Below, one piece after another: positions 1 through 15,311 of a stretch of 64,000 nucleotides of DNA. The DNA comes from Candidatus Stammera capleta (GTDB lineage: Bacteria; Pseudomonadota; Gammaproteobacteria; Enterobacterales; Enterobacteriaceae). Made by a program: the position numbers and the translations under genes. Position 1 is the stretch's first letter. Every line of letters begins with the position of its first letter. The stretch lies in NCBI GenBank assembly GCA_015134335.1, contig CP043975.1:84350-148349 (forward strand), written 5' to 3'. A model generated the notes under the pieces. The model saw nothing but the letters and a program-made list of their open reading frames with translations. It was not told the origin of the DNA and made no database searches.

Positions 1-286
1 ATCCAAAATATTTAAGATTATTTAAATCATCATATAAATATATTTTATTAGTATAATTCCTTTTAATACTATTTAATAAATTATTTTTATCCATACCTAT
101 TCCATTATCTATGAGCTTAATCAAACTAATACCTTTATTTATAAAATATAATTTAATTAAATTTGATTTAGCATCTAAACTATTTTCTAATAATTCTTTA
201 ATTATATGAAATAATTTTCATAAAGATTCTCCTTGAGATAATTTATTAATAGTATCTTCAGGTAATAATTTTATTTTATTATACAT
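1..286 (-). CDS. mutL: DNA mismatch repair protein MutL, N-terminal part (gene continues beyond the left edge)
   Basis: ATG at 284-286 on the minus strand. Translation is MYNKIKLLPEDTINKLSQGESLW(TGA)KLFHIIKELLENSLDAKS...LIDNGIGM. This carries the GHKL ATPase motifs of MutL (ELxENSxDA, DNGxGM). Confidence 0.85.
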
Positions 287-614
287 AATATGTTATAAAT
301 AAATTTATTTAAAAATTAATTATCAATTTTTTTTTTTAAAAACTTAATTTTAAATATATTATAATAAATTTAAAATTAAAAATATAAAAATTTTTATTTA
401 TATTTTAAAAAAATATTATAATTATAAATTTTAAATTTTAATATTATTTATGTAAACTTTACTATATTAAAAAAATTTTTATATTTACAATTTATAATAA
501 AATAACAAAAACAAATTTTATAATTTTTATGTTATTAATTATAATTAATATATAATTAAATAATTTTAAAACAAATTTTTTAAATATTTATTATTTATTA
601 TTTATAATATAAAA

Positions 615-687
615 AGCGGAAAACGAGATTCGAACTCGCAACCATAACCTTGGCAAGGTTATACTCTACCAATTGAGCTATTTCCGC
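615..687 (-). tRNA. tRNA-Gly (anticodon GCC)
   Basis: The reverse complement GCGGAAATAGCTCAATTGGTAGAGTATAACCTTGCCAAGGTTATGGTTGCGAGTTCGAATCTCGTTTTCCGCT aligns along its length with E. coli tRNA-Gly(GCC). Anticodon loop is TTGCCAA. No encoded CCA. Confidence 0.9.
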
Positions 688-695
688 AATATTAA

Positions 696-1253
696 TTATT
701 TATAATTAATTAAAAAACTTTTATAATATTTTAATTCTAAAACAGATTGTTTAATATCATATAAAGCACTATGTTTAAATTTTTTTTTTTTAAAAAAATT
801 ATTAAAATTAGGAATTCATCTATTAAATAACTCTTTTAAAGAACTAACATCTATGTATCTATAATGAAAAAAATCTTCTAATCTAGGCATATATTTAAAT
901 AAAAATCTTCTGTCTTGAGATACTGTATTACCACATATAGGTGAAGATTTATATTTAACTCATTTTTGTAAAAATTGTAATGTTAAAGTTTCTGCATAAC
1001 ATTCATTTATTACACTATTATGTACCAATTTTAATAAACCACTTCTATTATGAACTTTCAAACATCAAGAATTCATTTTAGATAAATGCTTTTTCTTTTG
1101 TTTAATTACTAAATTTGGTCCTATATCTAAAATAGATAAATTATTATCTGTTATTAATGTTGCTATCTCTATAATTCTATGAATTTTAGGATTTAAACCT
1201 GTCATTTCTAAATCAATTCATATTAAATTATTTTTATAATTTACTACATTCAT
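696..1253 (-). CDS. orn: oligoribonuclease
   Basis: 185-aa ORF under the UGA=Trp code: [22 protein letters not shown]...[11 protein letters not shown]...[13 protein letters not shown]...[11 protein letters not shown]. These are the DEDDh exonuclease motifs of Orn. Stop is TAA at 696-698. Confidence 0.88.
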
Positions 1254-1277
1254 ATAAAAATTTTTATTTTTTAAAAC

Positions 1278-1351
1278 CGGTACGAACGGGACTCGAACCC
1301 GTGACCCCCAGCGTGACAGGCTGGTATTCTAACCAACTGAACTATCGCACC
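1278..1351 (-). tRNA. tRNA-Asp (anticodon GTC)
   Basis: The reverse complement GGTGCGATAGTTCAGTTGGTTAGAATACCAGCCTGTCACGCTGGGGGTCACGGGTTCGAGTCCCGTTCGTACCG is close to E. coli tRNA-Asp. It lies directly downstream of 5S, as in E. coli rrnC/rrnH. Confidence 0.92.
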
Positions 1352-1376
1352 TAAATTTATTAATTATTAAAATTAC

Positions 1377-1496
1377 ATACCTGGCGATTACTTACTCTCA
1401 CATAAGAAAAACTTATACTACCATCAGCGCCATAATATTTCACTTCTGAGTTCGGAATGGTATCAGGTGGTTCCATTACGCTATTGTCGCCAGATA
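1377..1496 (-). rRNA. rrf: 5S ribosomal RNA
   Basis: The reverse complement contains CTGGCGAC...CCACCTGATACCATTCCGAACTCAGAAGTGAAA...GCGCTGATGGTAGT...GAGAGTAAGTAATCGCCAGGTA, collinear with E. coli 5S. Confidence 0.9.
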
Positions 1497-1528
1497 TAAT
1501 AAAAAATTTTAAACATCTTAAAATTGTG
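1496..1528 (-). other. 3' flank of 23S forming one arm of the 23S processing helix
   Basis: Plus-strand 1501-1530 (AAAAAATTTTAAACATCTTAAAATTGTGAA) is the reverse complement of 4475-4505, apart from two G:U-compatible changes and a 1-nt bulge. Confidence 0.55.
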
Positions 1529-4476
<2,948 letters not shown>

Positions 4477-4507
4477 CACAATTTTAAAATGTCTAAAAAT
4501 TTTTTAG
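4477..4507 (-). other. 5' flank of 23S forming the other arm of the 23S processing helix
   Basis: Complementary to 1496-1528 (see that feature). This is the RNase III-type stem typical of bacterial rRNA precursors. Confidence 0.55.
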
Positions 4508-4516
4508 AACTTAACA

Positions 4517-4588
4517 CGTCCTCTAGGGGATTCGAACCCCTGTTGCCGCCGTGAAAGAGCGATGTCCTAACCTCTAGACGAAGAGGAC
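4517..4588 (-). tRNA. tRNA-Glu (anticodon TTC) in the 16S-23S spacer
   Basis: The reverse complement GTCCTCTTCGTCTAGAGGTTAGGACATCGCTCTTTCACGGCGGCAACAGGGGTTCGAATCCCCTAGAGGACG is near-identical to E. coli tRNA-Glu. Confidence 0.95.
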
Positions 4589-4652
4589 ATAACTCATAAA
4601 AAAAAATAATTATTGTAGATATAAAATTAATTACAAAATACTTAATACTTAA

Positions 4653-6290
<1,638 letters not shown>

Positions 6291-6492
6291 ACAAACTGAC
6301 TATACTTAAAAATTAGATATTCTTAAATATATGTAATTTAAAATATATCTACAAAAAATTATTTATTGTAAAGAACAAATTAATTATTAATTCAATAATT
6401 AATAATTAATTATTAAATACGTTTATCTAATATATCAACAAACTAACTATAATACAAGCAATATTTATATTTTTTTTAAAAAAAATTTATTA

Positions 6493-6942
6493 TTAATTTA
6501 AAGGTTTTATATTAATTAAAAAATTAACAATATATTTTTTATATAACTTTATTTTTATATTATAATTACCTATATATTTAATAGGACCATTAGTTAATAA
6601 AATAAATTTTTTAGAAATTTTTATATTTAATTTCTCAAAAATAATATTTTTAATATCTATATCTTTAATAGAACCAAATAATTTATTATTTTTATCACAC
6701 CTCAATTCTAAATTTATAGGTAAAATTGAATTAATTTTATTTAATAATTTATTAAAATCTATTACTTTAGTAATATTTTTATGTTTTCTTTTAAAATTTA
6801 TAATATTACTTTTAGTAGCATATATAGCCTTTCCATAAGGTACCAAATAATTTCTAGCATATCCTAATTTTACATTTAAAATACTTCCTATAGGAGCAAA
6901 TTTAGAATCTATTACTATAACTTTAGTTTTTAAAATAACCAT
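6493..6942 (-). CDS. rplI: 50S ribosomal protein L9
   Basis: 149-aa ORF, MVILKTKV...NVKLGYARNYLVPYGKAIYATKSN. Lies in rpsF-rpsR-rplI synteny. Confidence 0.9.
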   Translation of the reverse strand: MVILKTKVIVIDSKFAPIGSILNVKLGYARNYLVPYGKAIYATKSNIINFKRKHKNITKVIDFNKLLNKINSILPINLELRCDKNNKLFGSIKDIDIKNIIFEKLNIKISKKFILLTNGPIKYIGNYNIKIKLYKKYIVNFLINIKPLN

Positions 6943-6967
6943 TATTTATTATATAAACCATATTAAA

Positions 6968-7192
6968 TTATTTATGTAAATCAGTATATGGCAATAAAGA
7001 TAAATATCTAGCTATTTTTATAGCCTTAGATAATTTTCTTTGATATTTAGCTGATATACCAGTTATTCTACTAGGTAGAATCTTATTACAATCTGTAAGA
7101 TATTGTTTTAATATATCTATATTTTTATAATCTATATTATTAAATTTTTTATTAATAATATTTAAATTTTTTTTCTTATTAAAATTAAACAT
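6968..7192 (-). CDS. rpsR: 30S ribosomal protein S18
   Basis: ...[55 protein letters not shown]. The start is placed at the second ATG (7190-7192) to match the 75-aa E. coli protein; an upstream ATG at 7216 is possible. Confidence 0.88.
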   Translation of the reverse strand: MFNFNKKKNLNIINKKFNNIDYKNIDILKQYLTDCNKILPSRITGISAKYQRKLSKAIKIARYLSLLPYTDLHK

Positions 7193-7223
7193 ATTTAATA
7201 AACCTTTATATAACAAAATTACT

Positions 7224-7574
7224 CTATTTATTTAATAAATTTAAACTTAATTTATTTATTTTTTTATTCATAATAGAAGAATTTAATATTATATTTTCTT
7301 TCTTCAAAATTATAAATCTTAAAATACTATCATTTAATTTAAAATTTTTTTCTATATCATTTATATAAATTTTATTAATTTCTATATTCATTAATATATA
7401 ATGAGCTTTATAAACATTTTTAATACTATAAGATAAATATTTTAATCCTCAATCTTCTAACCTATGTATTTTACCTTCTTTTTTATTTATAAAATTAGTA
7501 TAATAACTAACTATATTTTTAATATACATAGTTTTATCCGGATAAACTAAATATACAATTTCATAATTACGCAT
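7224..7574 (-). CDS. rpsF: 30S ribosomal protein S6
   Basis: [15 protein letters not shown]...[10 protein letters not shown](TGA)[23 protein letters not shown], compared with E. coli MRHYEIVFMVHPDQS...[20 protein letters not shown] stop at 7224-7226. There is no priB between rpsF and rpsR. Confidence 0.9.
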
Positions 7575-7729
7575 AATATATTACTTTATTTTTATTGTTT
7601 ATATAAATTTTTTTATTTTTATTAATTAATTAATAAAATATTTTACAGAATATTAAAATTAAAATTCTTAATAATTTTAATTAAATTAATATATTTTTAT
7701 TTTTAAATAAAATCTTTATATAATATTTT

Positions 7730-10153
7730 TTAATATTTATTTAACAAATTAAAATTTTTTTTAAATTTTTTAAATAATATTAATGATGTTTTAATAATTA
7801 TTTTTGGTAATCCAGTTTTTTTAGCAACATAAAAAGAACAACTATTATTACAATAACCCTCTTTGATTTTATATAAAAAAATAATATTATTATTTACTTT
7901 TATATAATTAAAATAAATTTTTTTTATATTTTTATATAAATTTCCTATATTCAAAATTTCAAAAAAATGAGTTGAAAACAAAGTTATACATTTTATATAT
8001 TTAGATATATAATTTAAACAAGACCAAGATAAGGCCATACCTTCATAAAAAGATGTACCACGACCCATTTCATCAATTAATATTAAACTATTTTTAGTTG
8101 CATTATTTATAATATAAGAAATTTCAGACATCTCAACCATAAAAGTTGATTTATTATCCATAATATCATCAGAAAATCCTATTCTGGTCAAAATTTTATC
8201 TATAATTCCAATATAAGCTTTAGTAACAGGTAAATAACTACCTATGCAACCCATTATACAAATAATAGCTATTTGCCTCATATACGTACTTTTACCTCCC
8301 ATATTAGGACCTGTTATAAACAAAGTTCTAACAAATTTATTATCGATAAAAAAATCATTACTAATAAATTTATCATCCAAATAATTTTCTAAAACAGGAT
8401 GACGACTATCTTTAAAATAAATATAAGAATATTTTTTAAATTTAGGCTTTTTATAATTATAATGAATAGCTATATAAACAAAACTAGACAAAACATCTAA
8501 TTTAGCTAAATATTTAGATATAATTTGTAAATCTACAATATAAAAAATAATTTTTTTTATAATTTTATTAAAAATTTTACTTTCTAATATTATTATTTTT
8601 TTTCTATTATAAAGAACTTTAATTTCAAATTCTTTTAATTCAGTAAAAAAAAATCTTATATGATTTTTTAAAGATTTAATTTTTATATAATGACTAGGTA
8701 TTAAATTAAAATCTTTTTTATTAATTTGTATATAATAACCATCTAATTTACTATAAATAATATGTAAATTTGATATATTATATTTTATTTTTTCAGAATT
8801 TTCTATATTAGAAATATATTTATAAACACTATTATCAAATTTCCTTAAATTATCTAATTTTTTACTATAACCTTTTTTAATTATAAAATTATTATCTAAG
8901 CTTTTTTCTTCTATAGAAGAACTTATTAAAAAAATAATCTTTTTTAAAATATTATATTTTTTATATAAAAAAAGAAATATATTATGTCTATTTATAGAAT
9001 TTTTTTTTTTATTAAATAATTTAATAATATTCAATATAGATTTTAAAAATATATTTAATTTTAATAAATCTTTAAATACTGCATTTTTTAAACAAATACG
9101 ACCTAAAACACGCTCTAAATCACCTATTTTTCTTAAAAAAAACCTTAACTCATCATTTCATAACCAAATAATATTCATTATAAAATGCCTATCTTTTAGT
9201 TTAATAAAATCAAAAATAGGATTTATAATTCATCTTCGTAACAAACGACTACCCATTGGGGTTAACGTTTTATCTAAAAAATATAATAAAGAATTTTTTT
9301 TATTATTATATAAAGAACTAATCAATTCTAAATTAGATATTGTATTAAAATCAATAAATATATACTTATTTTTTTTATTATATTTTATTAAATTAATATG
9401 TTTAAAATTAACTAATTGAGTAAATTTAATATACTTTAACAAACATCCAGCTGGAATAATTCCCATATTGTTAAAGCTAATATTAAAAATATTTAAATTA
9501 GAAACCTTAAAATGATTTAATAAAATTTTTAAAGATTTATTATACGAAAAATATTTTATAGAAATTTTATTATAAAATATATTTTTATTTTTTATTAATA
9601 ATATATTAAAATTTTTATTTGAATAAAGAACTTCCTTAGGATTCGTTTTAAAAATTTCACTCTTTAAATCATTTACATTTTTAAATTTAAATAAATTAAA
9701 CTTACCACTAAAAATATCTATTACAGAATAATAATAAATATTATTATATAAATAAATACAACTTATTAAATTATCATATTTCTTACCTATATAATAACTT
9801 TCAGAAATAGTACCTGGAGTAATTATTTTAAAAACTTTTCTTTTCTTTAAAGAAAGATCTTTATTTTTAAGACTATTATTAACTTGATTACAAATAACAA
9901 CAGATTCACCTAATTTAATTAATTTTAAAATATATCTTTTACTGCTTTTTAAAGGAAGACCTGCCATAGGCACATTTTTTTGTTTAACAAACTTTTTAAA
10001 AGTTAATTTTAAATTCAATAAATTAGATATCTTTATAGCATCATCATAAAATAATTCATAAAAATCTCCTATTTGATAAAACAATAATATCTTTTTATAT
10101 CTTTTTTTAATATTTAAATATTGTTTAATTATAGGACTCAAATATATAGACAT
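7730..10153 (-). CDS. mutS: DNA mismatch repair protein MutS (intact under UGA=Trp)
   Basis: Track ORFs 9230..10153 and 7730..9034 are one frame joined through TGA codons at 9230-9232 (LDKTLTPMGSRLLRRW) and 9158-9160. Walker A is GPNMGGKST, followed by DEMGRGTS. 807 aa. Confidence 0.92.
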
Positions 10154-10162
10154 AAAATATAT

Positions 10163-10561
10163 TTAACGCTTAGAATATTGATGACGACAACGAGATTTAC
10201 GTAAACCATATTTTTTACGCTCTACAATTCTAGAATCTCTGGTTAAAAAACCTAAAGGTTTTAAATATTTACGTAAACTAATATCAAATTTTAATAATAT
10301 TCTACTAATAGCTAGACGAATAGCTATACATTGACTGCTAATACCACCTCCTCTAACTGTAATATTATAATTATAATTATTTAAAAAATTATTATTCTTA
10401 ATAACCCCAAAAACTTGCATTATTATTAACTTAAATTTTTTTAAAAAAAAATATTTATCAATGAATATACCATTAATAATTATTTTACCGTTTCCAGATT
10501 TACTAAAAACTCTTGCCACTGATGTTTTTCTTCTTCCTATACTAAAAAATATACTATTCAT
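10163..10561 (-). CDS. rpsI: 30S ribosomal protein S9
   Basis: 132-aa ORF ending ...GLRKSRCRHQYSKR. Lies in rplM-rpsI synteny. Confidence 0.9.
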   Translation of the reverse strand: MNSIFFSIGRRKTSVARVFSKSGNGKIIINGIFIDKYFFLKKFKLIIMQVFGVIKNNNFLNNYNYNITVRGGGISSQCIAIRLAISRILLKFDISLRKYLKPLGFLTRDSRIVERKKYGLRKSRCRHQYSKR

Positions 10562-10581
10562 ATAATATTTATTTATTAAAT

Positions 10582-10998
10582 TTAATTTATTAAAATTAAT
10601 TTTTGTGCTATATGTTTATGATAATTATTACAATAAATTTTTAATCTTTTTAACATTAATCTTCCTAAATAATTTTTAGGCAACATTCCTTTAACAGCAT
10701 ACCTAATAATTCTATCTGGAAATTTTTTTAATAAAACATTATAACTAATACACTTTAATCCACCCACATAACCACTATGCTTATAATATACTTTTTTATA
10801 CTTTTTATTACCAGACAATATTATACTATTAGCATTTAATACAACTACATAACCCCCATTAACTATATTAGATTTATAATTATAATTATTTTTACCCATT
10901 AATAAATAAACAATTTTAGTACAAAAACGACCTAATATTTGAGATTTAGCATCCAACAAATATCATAAATTATTATTATTAATACTTTTTATAAACAT
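10582..10998 (-). CDS. rplM: 50S ribosomal protein L13
   Basis: The track ORF extends upstream through TGA 10963-10965 to the ATG at 10996-10998: MFIKSINNNNLW YLLDAKSQILGR... (E. coli ...RDWYVVDATGKTLGR). Confidence 0.88.
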
Positions 10999-11023
10999 AA
11001 AATTTTCATCCTATATAAAATTT

Positions 11024-12475
11024 TTACTTATTTAAACCACCAACTATCATATCATTTATTTTTAAAGTAGGCTGACCCACATTAACAGGAATAACTTGAT
11101 TTTCTTTTACGCATCATCCCATACCATGATCAAACTTAAAATCATTACCTACCATACTAATCTTTTTCATTATATCTACTGAAGAACCAATTAAAGTAGC
11201 TCCTTTAACAGGATTCATTATTCTACCTTTTTTTATCAAATAACCCTCTAAAATTGTAAAAACAAAATTACCACTTGAAATATCAACTTGACCACCAGAT
11301 AAATGTGATATATATAAACCATAATCTATACTATTTATAATTTCATTAAAACAATATTTACCTACACATAAATAAGTATTACTCATTCTAGGTAAAGGTA
11401 AATCACTAAATGATTCTTTACGAGCACTACCATTAGATCTTAAATCTAATAAACGAGCATTAAATTTATCTAATAAATACGTTTTTAAAATTCCATTTTT
11501 AATTAAAATTTTTTTTCGAGATTTTTCTCCTTCATCATCAATACTATAACTTCCTTTGTTTTCAAATATACTACTATCATCTATAACAGTACAATGCTTA
11601 GAAGCTACTTTTTTATTTAATAAATTACTGAAAATAGAAATTTTTTTACTAATAAAATCACTTTCTAAACCATGACCAACAGCTTCATGTAACAAAACAC
11701 CAGGTGAACCACTAGCTAAAACAATAGGCATTTTACCTGCAGGGGCATTAATAGCATATAAATTATTAATAGCTATACGTACTGATTCAGAAGCTCAATA
11801 ATAAATTAACAAATCATTATCATATTTTTTATTCAATAATTCTTCAAAAGAATAACTACCACCTCCTCCACTTATACCAATTTCATTATTATTATTACTA
11901 GTAATATTAACTTTAATTAAAATATTAATCATTGGTCTTATATCAAAAGATAAACTATAATTAGTATTAGCAACTAAAATTAAATCATATTTACTAATTA
12001 AATTTATAGTAATATAATTAATTCTACTATCCATTTTCTTTATATAATTATATAAATCAAATAATATATTTATTTTATTTATATTAAATTTAAAATTAAT
12101 AGGAGAAATAATATTATTAATTAATTTATTTTTAATAATAAACAATTTTTTGTTTTTATCTAAAATATTTTGTTTATATACCAATCCTAATTTTTTAATT
12201 AATTCTAAAATAGACTTCTTATTAATAATACTACTATATGAAAATATAGTATTATTATTTTTATTTAATCTAATACTTACACCTTGTTTATATTTTAAAA
12301 TATTTCTCTTTAAAATATTATTTTCTAAAATTAAAGATTCACTATAAGAATCTTGTAAATAAATATCTCCATAATCAGAATCTATAATACATAAATTATT
12401 TAATAAATTTACCAAATCAGATTCCGAAATATTGTTTTTAAACAAAAGATTATTATATACTATATCTAAATTCAT
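11024..12475 (-). CDS. tldD: metalloprotease TldD
   Basis: Track ORFs 11795..12475 and 11114..11731 are joined in frame through TGA 11795-11797 and extended through TGA 11114-11116. Contains GVLLHEAVGHGLE. C-terminus is ...GMGW CVKENQVIPVNVGQPTLKINDMIVGG. TAA at 11024-11026. Confidence 0.88.
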
Positions 12476-12714
12476 AAAATTACCTAATTTAATTTAAAAA
12501 ATAAAACATTATATATATAAATTATATATTATAAAAATAAAAATATATTTAAAAAAAATATTATAAAATTATTAACATAATTTTATTTTATTATTCATAA
12601 ATTTTTATTATAATAATTAATTTTTAACATAATGTATTTATATATACTTAATAAAACTAATTTGATATTATTTTAATAATTAACTTAACATTTTTATAAT
12701 ATTAAAAAAAATAT

Positions 12715-13044
12715 ATGTATGCAATTATTAATATATTAGGACATCAATTTAAAATAAAGAAAAATATTAATATAACAACACAAAAAATAAACGAAAAAAC
12801 AGGAACAATAATTAAATTAAATCCCATTCTAATATTAAATAAAAAAAACAATATAATTATTGGAAAAAAATTAAATAATTATATAATACATGCTATTATT
12901 AAAAAACATTTTAAAAATAAAAAAATAACAATAATAAAATTTAAAAGAAGAAAAAACTATAAAAGAAAAATAGGACATAGACAAAATTTAACTATATTAA
13001 ATATAATATCTATTAAAAAAAAAAAGAAAAAAAATGGCACATAA
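12715..13044 (+). CDS. rplU: 50S ribosomal protein L21
   Basis: [16 protein letters not shown]...[18 protein letters not shown]. Its 3' end overlaps the rpmA start by 11 nt. Confidence 0.88.
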   Translation: MYAIINILGHQFKIKKNINITTQKINEKTGTIIKLNPILILNKKNNIIIGKKLNNYIIHAIIKKHFKNKKITIIKFKRRKNYKRKIGHRQNLTILNIISIKKKKKKNGT

Positions 13045-13285
13045 AAAAGCAGGTGGTTCCACTAAAAATGGAAGAGATTCACATTCAAAAAGATTAGGTA
13101 TTAAATGTTTTGGTAATCAAAAAGTATATCCTGGATATATAATTGTTAAACAACGAGGAACTAAATTCCATCCAGGAAAAAATGTAAAATGTGGAAAAGA
13201 TTATACATTATATGCTACTAAAAAAGGTTATGTAAATTTTAAGATTAAAGGATATAATAAAAAAAAATATGTAAATGTTATATAA
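13034..13285 (+). CDS. rpmA: 50S ribosomal protein L27
   Basis: [24 protein letters not shown]...[14 protein letters not shown]. Confidence 0.93.
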   Translation: MAHKKAGGSTKNGRDSHSKRLGIKCFGNQKVYPGYIIVKQRGTKFHPGKNVKCGKDYTLYATKKGYVNFKIKGYNKKKYVNVI

Positions 13286-14281
13286 ATGTATAAAATACCT
13301 ATAATAAAAAAAATAAAATTAAAATTAATTTCTGGAAACGGAGGAAGTGGTTTAGTTAGTTTCTATAGAACAAAATTTATAAAAAAAGGAGGACCTGATG
13401 GAGGTAATGGAGGTAAAGGAGGTAATATTTATTTTAAAACAGATAAAAAAATAAATTCATTAGAACATTTACAAAATAAAAAAATTATAAAAGCACAAAA
13501 TGGTGAAAACGGTAAAAAAAACAATAAAACAGGTAAAAATGGTAAATCTATATTTATTAATATACCTATAAACACTAAAATAACAATTATAAAAAAAAAC
13601 AAAAAAAAAAATTACATATTTAAAAAATATAAACAATTAATTATTATTAATAAAGGAGGTAAAGCAGGAATAGGTAATAATTATTTAAAAAATTCAACAA
13701 ATATAACTCCTTTACAATGTATAAAAGGACAACCAGGGAATATAATTAATATAGTTATACAAAAAATATATAAAAATAATATTATATTAATAGGATTACC
13801 TAATTCTGGAAAATCAAGTATATTTAAAAAATTGACATTAATTAAAAATATTAAAATAACAAATTATCCATATAGTACTTTATATACTAATATAAAAAAT
13901 ATTATAATAAATAAAAAAAAAACAAAATTTCATATTATTGATACACCTTCAATTTTATATAAAATGAATAAAAAAAAATTACTTATTAAAAATATTTATT
14001 TTATTAAAAATTGCAAATTAATACTTTATGTAATTGAATATAATATTAAAATCACATATTTAATTAAAAATATAAAAATTATTTATAAAATATTAAAAAT
14101 ATATAATACACAATTATGAATAATTATTAATAAATATGATTTTCAAAACAAAAATTATATAAAAACAATTAAAAAAATATTTTTAAAAAAATTTATTAAT
14201 ATTAAAATATTTTTTATTTCTATAATAAATAATTATGGAATTAAAAAATTTATATATAAATTAACAAAATATATACAATAA
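13286..14281 (+). CDS. obg: GTPase Obg/CgtA
   Basis: Glycine-rich Obg fold (GNGGSGLVSF...GGPDGGNGGKGGNIYF) and G1 motif GLPNSGKSS. The track ORF extends through TGA 14117-14119 to TAA 14279-14281. The ATG abuts the rpmA stop. Confidence 0.88.
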
Positions 14282-14682
14282 TATTTATATAACATAATTT
14301 ATCAATTTAAAAAATATATAACTATTAAATACAAAACTATATAAAAAAATTTAAAAATTTAAAACATACAAAAAATTTAAAATTATAATATCTATAAAAA
14401 CTATAAATTTTATTTATTTGAAAAAAACATTAAAACATATAAAATAAAAAAATAATAAATACTATGTAAAATTAAATTTTAAAAAATTAAATACACAAAC
14501 TATTAATAAAATAAAATTAAAAAATAAATTTATAATAAAAATTTTAAATAATAATAATTTATATATATATATAAATATTAAATTTTAAATAAAATATATA
14601 AAGATATACCATATATAAAAAAGTTAATAAATAAAAAAAAACATTAACTATTAATAATTAAAAATTAAAATTATTTTAATGA

Positions 14683-15291
14683 ATAAAAAAAAAATGAATT
14701 CATTACATTCGTAATGATAAATATAAAAAATTATCTATTAAATATAATTTAAAATCTAGGTCTTGATTTAAAATATTTGAAATAGATAAAAAATATAAAA
14801 TTTTTAAAAAAAATAACAATATAATAGATTTAGGGTCTTCACCAGGCGGATGATCTAAATATTGTATTACTAAAATAAAACCTAAAGGTAAAATTTTTTG
14901 CTGTGATATAATTCCAATGCAAAAAATATATAATACATTTTTTATAAAAGGTAATATTAATAAAATTAAAATATTAAATATAATAATAAAAAAAACAAAT
15001 AAATTAATTATAAATAATATTATTTCAGATATATCACCAAACATAACTGGAATTTATGAAACAGATTATTATAATCAAAAAAAAATAATAAATAATATAT
15101 TATGATTATGTAAAAAAAAACTTATTAATAAAGGAAATTTAATTATAAAAATATTTTTAGGAAAATTGTTTAATAAAATATTAAAAAAAATAAAAAATAT
15201 ATTTAATTATATTAAAATTTTCAAACCACAATCTTCAAATTTCTTTTCTAAAGAAATATATATAATAGCTAAAAATTATAATAAAACTTAA
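14683..15291 (+). CDS. rlmE: 23S rRNA U2552 2'-O-methyltransferase RlmE/FtsJ (start codon uncertain)
   Basis: ...KKKW IHYIRNDKYKKLSIKYNLKSRSW FKIFEIDKKYKIF...IIDLGSSPGGW(TGA 14851-14853)SKY...DISPNITG...KIF.G..F, collinear with E. coli RlmE. It lies upstream of ftsH as in E. coli. There is no in-frame ATG: either ATA at 14683 initiates, or the ATG at 14679 is used after a 1-nt loss in the A10 run. Confidence 0.8.
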
Positions 15292-15311
15292 TTTTATAAT
15301 ATATAAAAAAT

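Noticed and set aside
300-614. A long A/T-only spacer upstream of mutL with short repeated words (AAATTTTAAA and similar). Comparable low-complexity stretches occur at 6001-6100, 14560-14580 and 48941-49182. I considered CRISPR or tandem-repeat arrays.
   Set aside because: There is no regular repeat-spacer periodicity and no conserved repeat unit of 20 nt or more. The similarity is what A/T-only composition produces by chance.
7730-10153. mutS appears as two separate ORFs with a 195-nt gap in the supplied track. tldD, ptsI, pepA, proS, dnaG, nusA and infB look split in the same way, which suggests pseudogenes.
   Set aside because: In each case the fragments are in the same frame, and the breaks are TGA codons aligned with conserved Trp (for example mutS LLRRW). 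Under UGA=Trp these genes are intact.
13020-13044. The A-rich run (AAAAAAAAAAAGAAAAAAAATGG) at the rplU/rpmA junction could be another frameshift site.
   Set aside because: Both genes are complete and in sensible frames as written. The 11-nt overlap simply places the rpmA ATG inside the Lys-rich tail of L21.
14282-14678. A 400-nt A-rich spacer between obg and rlmE was examined for relics of greA, yhbY or dacB, or for a small gene or RNA.
   Set aside because: Every frame on both strands is saturated with TAA/TAG. There are no G/C-containing structured elements and no recognisable motif. It is treated as eroded intergenic DNA.
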